From assembly GCA_946965045.2 (NCBI GenBank), contig OX337231.1:3658001-3722000 (forward strand): DNA of 64,000 nucleotides, in the 5' to 3' direction. Shown in pieces: positions 1 through 10,200 of the stretch. This DNA is from Epithemia pelagica (taxonomy: Eukaryota > Protista > Bacillariophyta). The stretch's first letter is position 1; each line of letters starts with the position of its first letter. A program made the position numbers and the translations under genes. The notes beneath the pieces are model-generated. The model ran no database searches, was not told the origin of the DNA, and worked only from the letters and a program-made list of their open reading frames with translations.

Positions 1-2678
1 GGGCTGTGGCTGCTGCTGTCGTTGTGGGAAGATTCACGTGTTTCGTGTTCGAGTGCCCCCCAACAAAACGCCTCAGAGTTTCACGGAGTGCAGAACGGCA
101 TTCATTGGGTTTTTAGTTGTGACAAGCACAAAGCTATGCCTGCCCATTATTTGGGAGTGTGGCCTAGCTAGGAGTATTGTAGCACATAGACATTGCGCTA
201 TGTGTTGTTGTTGTTGATTGCTGCTTGTTGGAGATTTTGGGTCTCTCTTCTGCAAGACCACACGAGGACGATACGAACAGTTCGTAGGTCCACCATGAAC
301 CATGAATGTTGATATTTGGTTCCAGAGCTCCTGCCGTAGGTTGCTGAACCAATCTTTGTGCCGGCGCCCCAGCAAACAGCTGTCGGAACCCAGCCACGTG
401 ACATTTGTCTTGTTTGCTGTCTAGTAGAACATCGAATGCAGCCCAGTGGGTCGCTAGACACCCATGCACCGAGCGACCAATATCGAGGTTCCAATCAGTT
501 GCATTTCATGGTACGTCAACAGGGAAGTACACTTTGTATTCTCTCTTCCTTGTCTCACCCAACAAACAAGATCCAATCCTCAGTCTAAATGCACGGCCTA
601 CCGAGGATACACTGACGACTGCTGATCATCTTTGCCAGGCCAAGCTTTTTGATTTGGACTGGCTAGTGTCGAACTAGTTGCAAACAAGTCTTTTTCTCCC
701 ATTGCATTGCCGTTTTGTTCGTCGTTGCAGTCGAGTCGGAACCTCCCTCCGACAAGAAGAACTGCAGATGCAGACCCAAACACCGACATGGCAGCGGTTT
801 GACGCACGAGAGCGAGGGAGAGAGTCCTTGAATATGCAAACGGTCAAGGCCCTGATTGATTCCATCCGACGGTCCATCCCTTCTTTCGGCAATAGACGTA
901 CAGTGGAAATCCTTGGAAACGTTCCAGCAACAAAGACATGACATGAATGCTCCTGATTTGGCGACAGAACGTGTCTTGGCGTTCCTTTGACCCTACTTAC
1001 AACCCATTGCCATTGCCGCATCTATGTGACACTCGACTGTCATCGTCTCCCTGTGCGACGGATGGACAAACCCTGTTGATGCGAAACATGAATCAATTCA
1101 TTGCAAAGATCTTTCCATTTGGATCTCTGCAGTGAGGGGTTCATTGGGTTGTTCACACCAAGTAATTATCCATTGCTCTTGGATATCAAACATACGGAGA
1201 CCCTTGCAGGAAAGATACGATGGAGCCAAATGAATAGACATATTTTGCGTAAGATCCAAGCAGTTGTCAGATTGCTGTCAAGGCAGGTGAGCAAACTATT
1301 CATCCCCGAGATGTCGAATCAAGTCTTTCGAAGGGCACGTCCAGCAAGGCCAAGAACAGGTTCTCAAAGAGAAGGACGGTCGATTCGTCGTTGAAACCGG
1401 GATGTCATTCAAGATTTACCAGTACCATGTACCTGTACTTGCAAGCACAAACCAATGTGGACAGCGACGGCACACCAGGTCACTTGATGCCGTTATAATC
1501 ATTTTGAGAACTCTGCCAGAAGCGGTGTGAAAGCCTGATGAAGACGGGCGTCACTGCATCCACTAGTATCGCCAAGCAACATTCATGAGTGTGCCAGAAA
1601 GGGTTGTTCATCTCTCCTGTCGTCCAATCAGTGACTCATTGATCCTTACATAGCAAACAGCCCAATTTGCAGCATGGATCGGAGCCACCAGCACCACCGA
1701 AGAATGATAAGCGTGATAGGCCATTGCAGCCTAGTCTTGGAAGCGGCCTAGCCACCCTGTACTTGTCCGCCTAGGCCGATGCAAGGCAGCCTCTGTTTGA
1801 TACAATCGAATACCACCGCAGTTCTATGGAAAAGTTCAAGAGTTCCCATCACATTCATACATTCATCCCCCTGTAGTCATGTTTTTGGTTCGGTTCGCTG
1901 AGCCATATATGTAGTTCTCGTTTGGAGGCTTTGACCAGTCAAGAATGTTTTCTCGGGCAAACAACCCGTGCCTATGGATGAAGCTGGACGCAGCATCTCT
2001 TCAGCTTTGCATCATGATGGATCAGCAAGGCCCCAGCCTCTACGTTCCGTTCCTCAAAATGTGTCCTAAAGGTGAATTGTGGGAACGAAATTGGCGTAAC
2101 CAGTCTAAATCGACACGGAGTAGCTACGATTCTACTCTTGACACATAAAATGAAGGGAATGGATGGATATAGGGGTTAGGGGTATACGAGTACCTATTGT
2201 AGCCAACCTAGCTTTGCTATTCTCTCGGAGAAATAGATAGACGAGGCCTACCAATTTCGCAACTGGATCTACTCGTAATCGAACACTGCAGAAGTCTTCG
2301 ATGACGACTGATTCTCGTCACTTATCAATCTTGACTAATTGATTTCTCCCAAGCATCAAGCATTCCTTTCAATAAATAGATGAGTCATCGAGAACGGTTG
2401 AAGATTGAAGTTTCAATTGAGCTTTGGTAACGCCTAACGTCCCCGAATCTCGAGGAACACCGCGAGCCCGATCATGGGCCGTAGGAGTAGTTTCTCATAT
2501 TTTGTCCACATAGTTTTTGATATTTGAGATAGCTGAGCTAGCAGCTATCTCTGCTACGCCTGTTCATTTCCTTGGGGAATGGCTGAATGCGGGATTTGGC
2601 AGAGGACACTTTGGTTCCCAGCAACTCTTTTCGATCTAGAAATGGGAACGCATGTTTTGTTTCTTGACAACCTCCACA

Positions 2679-4046
2679 GAATGGTACGATCTATGAGAAG
2701 CAATGGTGAACAAGTAGACACGCTCGCTGAACCAGACGAGGCCCGACATGTCAATGTCTGTATCGGAGGCGGGTTGTTACAGAAACATGACTACCTTCGA
2801 TCTAGGTGATATGGTGACATGACCATGTTCAATCTCGGTCCTTCTTGTCTGACAGGTTTCTCCTTACACCACCATACCAAATACCAAATGCGTTGTATTA
2901 TCACACATACACGAACTGACAAATCGGATCTACTCATGGTCCCTGATGAGCACTTTGGTCACTGTTCCTCGTGCGGTTTCTCAGGTGTCATTCTTCATGG
3001 ATAGAGCGGCAACAGCCATTTTCTAGATCCGAAAGGTCTTATGGCTTGACTCAAGAGTCATGAGGATTTCCAGCTCACGGTAAGTGCCATCGTGACAACT
3101 CTCTAGAGGTGCTCATAACAGCAGGACAATTCGTAGCCATAGCTCACCGACGTTACGCATGGACCGCTTCTAGCAGTCCGGCCGTATGTGTTTGAACAGT
3201 GCGATCCATGCTGGATAGTCTCACGAATGATGTGTCATGCTCTTTTGCAGAGAGTGCGAGTTTAACTCCCTTCGAAGCTTACTCACCGATGCAAGGTCCA
3301 GGAAACGTCGAAGAGATGCATTCCCCGTCACCAAGGCGTCTCACTTGAAAAGAGAAGCCTTTGAATGGTACGATCTATGAGAAGCAATGGTGAACAAGTA
3401 GACACGCTCGCTGAACCAGACGAGGCCCGACATGTCAATGTCTGTATCGGAGGCGGGTTGTTACAGAAACATGACTACCTTCGATCTAGGTGATATGGTG
3501 ACATGACCATGTTCAATCTCGGTCCTTCTTGTCTGACAGGTTTCTCCTTACACCACCATACCAAATACCAAATGCGTTGTATTATCACACATACACGAAC
3601 TGACAAATCGGATCTACTCATGGTCCCTGATGAGCACTTTGGTCACTGTTCCTCGTGCGGTTTCTCAGGTGTCATTCTTCATGGATAGAGCGGCAACAGC
3701 CATTTTCTAGATCCGAAAGGTCTTATGGCTTGACTCAAGAGTCATGAGGATTTCCAGCTCACGGTAAGTGCCATCGTGACAACTCTCTAGAGGTGCTCAT
3801 AACAGCAGGACAATTCGTAGCCATAGCTCACCGACGTTACGCATGGACCGCTTCTAGCAGTCCGGCCGTATGTGTTTGAACAGTGCGATCCATGCTGGAT
3901 AGTCTCACGAATGATGTGTCATGCTCTTTTGCAGAGAGTGCGAGTTTAACTCCCTTCGAAGCTTACTCACCGATGCAAGGTCCAGGAAACGTCGAAGAGA
4001 TGCATTCCCCGTCACCAAGGCGTCTCACTTGAAAAGAGAAGCCTTT
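2679..4046. repeat. Tandem duplication, 2 x 684 bp (2679-3362, 3363-4046)
   Basis: Sequence starting gaatggtacgatctatgagaagc recurs at 2679 and 3363; identical short ORFs at 2819 and 3503 are offset by 684. No differences noticed between units. Confidence 0.92.
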
Positions 4047-5165
4047 GTTGGTTTGTTTATGAGGAATGGCATACGACTACCATGTTCGGTCGACGAGGGT
4101 AGTCTGATAGACGATGAAAGGAAAGGAAACCCATGAACTCTGCCAATGAGACGCTGTGAAATTATTCATTCAAGGCTTTTCTGGTGACTCACCATGATCT
4201 ATGCCTCATGCACAACGGAGGAAGGGCTTCATGGTCTCATAAAGCCCTTGGGATACCATCCTGTTTTCGTGGCAATACAATGGTTTGGGAAGGAGCTACC
4301 GGCATCTTTCGCGAACCCTCGTTTCGATATTGATCTCCATCCTCGTCCTCTTGCTCTGTAACGGCTGGACCAACGCGTGAAAGCGGTCTACATGGCACCA
4401 TTTACACCAGACATTCTCTCGCTGTCATGCGGGTGGTACTAGAGCACGTCGGATTGGAAATAATCATCTCATTGCACCCAAAGTCCCAGCAGTCACCGTC
4501 CGTTCTCAGTTTATCTGCCGGCTTCTTTCCACATATCTAGAGCGGCACCAAGTTCTTTACTTTGAAGTCAAGACCGAAAACGGAGCAAATCCGGATGCAA
4601 TTCAATGGATACCACATATTGCCACTCGAAAATCGCCCACAAGTTATCGACTATGCGGTTGTTGGGGATGAATCGCTAAATTGGACTTGGCTTGGTGGGA
4701 ATGGAGGAGAGGATAGACGTCTCCAACAGTAAGAAAAGGACATGAGTGCAGTTCTTGGTCAGTTTGTCAAGTTGTCTGGACCACCTAATGCGAACAAGCC
4801 ATTTCAAACTTTGACTGATGAGTTCATTGATCGAGGGATGCCTTGTCGCTGGCTAACTCGTGTGTTCAACGACAGAACGTAAAGAGTTCCTCAATCCACC
4901 AACAATGTATATTGTGTAGTGAAGCTCTCTGGAATCTTCTTGTCCATGATTCAAACCAAGACATGCCATTGCTCAGCTGCAGAGGAACATATCGGCGGAA
5001 TGTCCGACCAACTCTACCAAGTCGTCCTGTTGCTCATCTATCATGAGCTTTCAATGAGCTCATCAAGATCCACACAAGAGCGGGAGATCATTGTTCACTC
5101 TCCGTTCTCGATCTTCTAGGAGAGTACCCTGTAACCTCTCTCCTCTAGCTAGGAGTGTATGCTTT

Positions 5166-5286
5166 CAAAATATGGCTAGCCTATTGAGCGAAATTAGCGA
5201 TAGTAAGGCTAGTAAGGCCTCTAAGCTTGAGGCATGAAATAGACACAATTTTTATATTTTCGAGTCACACCCCTACGCGTATTTTG
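5166..5286 (+). repeat. E1 5' LTR (CAAAATA...TATTTTG)
   Basis: Identical to 11339-11459; 7-bp terminal inverted repeat. Confidence 0.95.
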
Positions 5287-5301
5287 GTTTATCAGACCCA
5301 A
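5287..5301 (+). promoter_or_regulatory. E1 primer-binding site GTTTATCAGACCCAA
   Basis: Directly follows the 5' LTR; same 15-mer follows the 5' LTR of E3 and E4; complement TTGGGT-CTGATAA-AC resembles a tRNA anticodon arm. Confidence 0.85.
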
Positions 5302-5338
5302 GAAACTCTGCGATTATGGTAAAAGCTATGGCACAATG

Positions 5339-5590
5339 GCCTGGGAAGGTCGAGAAATATCTGGATCGATGATATAGATCCGCCCAAAGGTCGACTAATG
5401 AAGTCGTACAGCTAGTCTCGTAGAATATCCGGCCTGCAACGGGGTTTGGACCGGACTAGCTAACAGATGTGGTCTGCGAGTGCGCACATCTGGGGCAATG
5501 GCGGACGCGCCGGTCTTGGCCGTTGACAAGACAAAGCCTGCTATGCGGTCATGATTATTTCATAAATGAAACATGTGCCGACGATGCAGC
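5339..5590 (+). ncRNA. Conserved structured leader RNA of E1 (homologous to 52142-52384)
   Basis: Shared motif blocks with E4 and several stems whose sequences differ but still pair (tccgg/ccgga vs tctcg/cgaga; gtcttg/caagac vs catcct/aggatg). Confidence 0.75.
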
Positions 5591-5724
5591 TGTGCACGCT
5601 TTCTACCTTTTGAATCGCCCGAGATGAGTGAAGAACCGGACCGTGTGACTGAAAGAGAATGCTCACTTCCGAGTACAAGAAAGTCCCAATTGATCCGTCT
5701 ACTCGTAGACAAAAGAAGTAAACC

Positions 5725-7203
5725 ATGGCCGCACCTCCAACCGCTCAAGAACTGCTCACTCAGCTCAATGGCTACCTTGAGAATACCCTCCTCATTGGTC
5801 AACAAGAAGTTCGTAACGCTCTCAATGCACAAGGCCTTGTTTCGATTGGCGATTTTGATGGTCTAAAGGAAGACGATATCGCTGAAATTTGCGCTAATGC
5901 CAGGAAACCCGGTGGAACTATTCCTAATCCGGACTATGACGCTGCTAATCCAGTTCCTGGAGTCCCAGTTACCATTACGAACCCTGGAGTATTGGTCGGA
6001 CATGTTTTGGAAAAGCGCTTGAAGATGCTTGGGTACTACGTCCAGTATCTCAACAAGGTCGATCGCGAGTTTAGTGCGGCAACGGCAACATTGGCCCAAA
6101 TCCAAGGACTCTACCGTCTTAAAGAAGCAGACGATGAGTATGATAATGAGATTGAGCTTCCCGAGAAACTCACAAATGTTGAGAACATACGAGTCGTTCT
6201 CGAAGATTTAGACAACTACCTTGAGAGGAAAAGAGGAGTTACTATGATCCCTTTGGCAGCGTATACCCGCTCGATGCCAACTCCTCCTCCGGTTAACTTG
6301 GACCCTGGAATCGGAGCACCAACGTACTTGAGAGAACTAATCAGGCGTGCGCCACTAACTGGAGCAACTGCGGTGGCTGACAAAGAGGCAGTTTGGGATG
6401 TCATACGCCACATAACCCATGATGGCCCTGGATGGGGCTGGGTTCAAGCCTTTAGCCGCAGTCGAGACGGAAGAGGTGCTTATATCGCCTTAAAGAGTCA
6501 TTACTTAGGCGATGCCTTTCAAACAAGACTGAGGGCAAAAGCAGACCAAGTGTTGGAATCGGCCTATTATGACGGGTCAAAACGAAACTACACATATGAG
6601 AGGTACATTGAATCTCTCCAGAGGGCCTTTACGGACCTCGAATCAACTGGCGAGATGGTCAGTAATGAAAGGAAGGTTAGAGTTTTATTGTTGGGTGTAT
6701 CTGATCCAAGGCTTGAAAGCGCGAAGAACACCATACTCGCTACACCTTCACTCAGAGCAAACTTTGAAGTCGCTTCCAACTATTTGGCAGAGATTCTTGA
6801 CAGCAAGGTCTCGTACAGCGCTTCAACAAGGAAGGCCCGAATCTCATCTATCCAGCATAACAAGAATGGAAAAGGTGGAAACAAGAAGAATGGGAGTAAC
6901 CAATCAAACGGTTTTGACCCCAACAAATATTATCCCTTTAGAAAGTGGATAAAACTCACAAAGGAACAACAGCAAATGGTCCGAGAAGCAAGGGACGCTG
7001 TTAACAGCAGCACAAAGAAAAGGTCTGCTGCTGCTGTTCATTGTAAGAACGGTAAGAACAAGAGAAAAGGTGTTGATGGAAGCACGACGACAACTACCGA
7101 TGAGAGTTCAGAGACAACTGGCGACTCCAGTGAGAACGACAAGGAACTCGGTATTGGCGCCATAATGAGCCAGAGAAAGAAAGGCAGGAGAGAAACCGTG
7201 TGA
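5725..7203 (+). CDS. gag: E1 Gag (492 aa), no zinc knuckle, ends in UGA in frame with pol
   Basis: ORF track; Copia gag-like LKSHYLG...YYDG...F motif; homologous to gag of E3 and E4. Confidence 0.92.
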   Translation: MAAPPTAQELLTQLNGYLENTLLIGQQEVRNALNAQGLVSIGDFDGLKEDDIAEICANARKPGGTIPNPDYDAANPVPGVPVTITNPGVLVGHVLEKRLKMLGYYVQYLNKVDREFSAATATLAQIQGLYRLKEADDEYDNEIELPEKLTNVENIRVVLEDLDNYLERKRGVTMIPLAAYTRSMPTPPPVNLDPGIGAPTYLRELIRRAPLTGATAVADKEAVWDVIRHITHDGPGWGWVQAFSRSRDGRGAYIALKSHYLGDAFQTRLRAKADQVLESAYYDGSKRNYTYERYIESLQRAFTDLESTGEMVSNERKVRVLLLGVSDPRLESAKNTILATPSLRANFEVASNYLAEILDSKVSYSASTRKARISSIQHNKNGKGGNKKNGSNQSNGFDPNKYYPFRKWIKLTKEQQQMVREARDAVNSSTKKRSAAAVHCKNGKNKRKGVDGSTTTTTDESSETTGDSSENDKELGIGAIMSQRKKGRRETV

Positions 7204-10200
7204 CGAGATGTCCGCGAGATAGATGCACTCTCCAGGGACATTAGCGTTAGGACGTCTATGTGCGAACTAGACAGTCACGCTGACACCTGTTGTCTTGGTA
7301 AGGATTGCCTCGTTTTATATGAGACAGACAAGGCAGAAGTGAGTGGGTTTTCAACACAGCTCGGGAAACTAAAGGAAACTCCCGTAATCACAGGCGTGTT
7401 GGCATATGATGAACCTGAGACAGGAGAGACTTACCTGTTGTACTTTCATCAAGCGCTCCATCTTCCGATGATGGAGAAGAGCCTATTGAATCCAAATCAG
7501 ATGAGAGAGGCTGGTATCATCGTCAATGATGTACCACTCAAGTTTATCAAACAAGAGCAAAGGACAAGTGAATCTCATTCATTGGTTGTTCCCATTAATG
7601 ACGACAACGAGAGCACCCTGACAATTCCTCTGGAGTTAAAAGGAGTAATCAGTGGCTTCACTGTAAGGAAACCGTCTTGGGAAGAGATAGCGGATGTTGA
7701 CCCTGCGAACAGGATTGAGATGACCAACGACAGTCCAGAATGGGCCCCGAATGACTCGGCTGAAGAAGATGTCGATGAGAGGAGGCTCAGACAGGACGTT
7801 CGTCAAGACATGGTCAGAACGAGAGGTTCGAGGTCGTTGAGTAACAGAATGGCCAAGATGGTGAGAGTAAACTCAAGAACCGTAGCCGAAACGAGCCATA
7901 AGAGAAAGGGGACAATAGATCCCATTGGGTTGGCTTCGAGATGGGGAATCGGTTTGTCAGTTGCGGAAAGGACTTTCAAAGCAACAACGCAACTTGGGGT
8001 AAGAGATTTTTCCCAAGGCGTCGGAAGTAAAAGACTCAAGCATACGGCTTACCAGCTTAAGCATAGAAGGCTTCGGGCAGATGTATACACAGATACTCTG
8101 TTTTCGGATACAAAATCTTTGAGCCAAAATACTTGTGGTCAAATTTTTGCGACCGAGTTTGGTTGGGTTCAATTTTATCCGTTGGAACGCAAGAAGGATG
8201 CTCACACGGCTCTGGAGAAGATCTTTAACGATTACAGAATATTCAATAGTGTTGTCCCAGATAATGCTCCAGAATTGACGAGTGGGAAATTCAAGAAGAC
8301 TGCCCAAAAGTTTGGTTGTCGTATTAAGCCCATAGAAGCTTGGACACCAAACCAAAATCTAGCCGAAGCGAACATCCGTGAACTGAAGAGGGCTTATAGA
8401 AGGGAAATGAGAAGGACAAATGCCCCTGCCGTATTATGGGATCATTGCTTGCAACTGGTAGCTGAGAGACGATCCCATACAGCTTCTGCGACTGAACCGT
8501 TTGATGAAGGCCCACCTATAAAAATGTTGACCGGTGATACACCAGACATATCCCATCTAGTTGAACACAGATGGTATGACCCGGTCTGGTATTCTAATCC
8601 CGGGTTTGAGAACAGGGAACTCGGAAGGTGGCTAGGACCAAGTAAATCGGTTGGTCAAGCAATGAGTTCGAAAATACTGACACGAAAAGGCAAGATTGTC
8701 CATCGTACTTCCGTGTGGCCCCTGTCGGTTGAAAAGTCCCATGATCCGTCGTTTACTGCACAACGTGAACAGTTTGATACTGACCTAAAGGAAGCTCTGG
8801 GTAACCGATTCGAAGGTCTTGACCCAGAGGAAGGAGATGATCCCGCAGAAGAAGGAAATGATACTCCTTTCTTCGAGGCATATGAAGACGATGAGCAAGA
8901 AGACACAAGAGTTCCAGAGGCCGACGATTACAAGGTGGATGCATACGACAAATTAATCTCGGCCAAGGTGATGCTCCCTTTAGGGGACTCAAAGAGACCA
9001 GGTCAAGTTATACGTCGGAAAAGAGATGCAGACGGTAATCCAATTGGTCGGTCATCTTCAAATCCGTATCTGGATACGTCGTTGTACGAAGTAGAGTTCC
9101 ATGATGGCCACGTCGAGTCTTATGCGGCAAACCTGATTGCCGAGAACATTTACGAGCAGTTAGACGATGAGGGAAACAAATACAAACTCATCGATCAGAT
9201 CATGGATCACCGAAAAGATGCAACTGCCATACCAATCTCAGAGGGTACGTTCTTTCATAATGGGAGAGAACATAAGAAAAAGACGACGAGGGGTTGGCAT
9301 CTTTGTATATTGTGGAAAGATGGTTCCACGTCGTGGGAGATGCTCAAGGACCTGAAGGAATCGTATCCTTTAGAAGTAGCCGAATATGCAGTGGCTAACT
9401 TGCTCGACAAAGAACCGGCTTTCAATTGGTGGGTCGATTTCACTCTCAAGAGGCGTGCAAGACTAATCAAGGCCATCTCAAGCACAAGGTACATGCGAAA
9501 ATGGCAAAAGTACGGTATTGAGCTTCCTAAGACCGTAGAACGGGCGTTGCAAATCGATAAAGAAACAGGAACAGACTTCTGGGCTAAAGCCCTTCAACTC
9601 GAAATGTCAAAGATCTTTCCTGCAGTCAAGATTTTGGAAGAAGGCGCGCTGCACCCACCTGGCCATCAAGTCATCCCATGTCATATTGTGTTTGACATAA
9701 AGATGGATTTTACCAGGAAAGCGAGGTATGTAGCAGGGGGACACCGTACCCAAGAGCCAGAAACGCCTACCTATGCCAGTGTAGTCAGCAGAGAGAGCGT
9801 GAGAATCGGATTCTTACTTGCAGCACTGAATGGAATCAATATCCTTGCGGCTGATATCGCTGGAGCATATTTGAACGCTCCTTGCCACGAAAGAGTGTGC
9901 ACCAAATGTGGCTTAGAATTTGGAAAAGAAAATGAAGGGAGGTACGCGATAATCACTAAGGCACTATATGGCCTTAAGACGAGTGCCTTCGCATGGAGAG
10001 AACACCTTTCCACGACTTTGCAAGAGTCGTTAGGGTTTCGACCGTGCCGAGCAGATCCCGATGTATATCTTCGGGCCTCTACAAAAGATGATGGATCGAA
10101 GTACTATGAACTGGTGTTCATCTATATAGATGACGTCCTTGTCATCTCTCAGAAGGCACAAGAGATCTTGAATATGATCGACCAACATTATTTATTGAAA

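Noticed and set aside
1-5160. Short ORFs and faint Gypsy-like peptide fragments
   Set aside because: Many stops and no continuous recognisable domain; probably decayed TE sequence but not supportable without a translated search.
5166-5301. Tf1-style self-priming
   Set aside because: No sequence complementary to the PBS was found in the E1, E3 or E4 LTRs.
5339-5450. Resemblance of GGGAAGGTCGAG and AACGGGG to RNase P RNA motifs
   Set aside because: No strand able to form a P4-like helix is conserved in both E1 and E4, and no CR-V-like motif was seen. A cmsearch with RNase P models would settle it.
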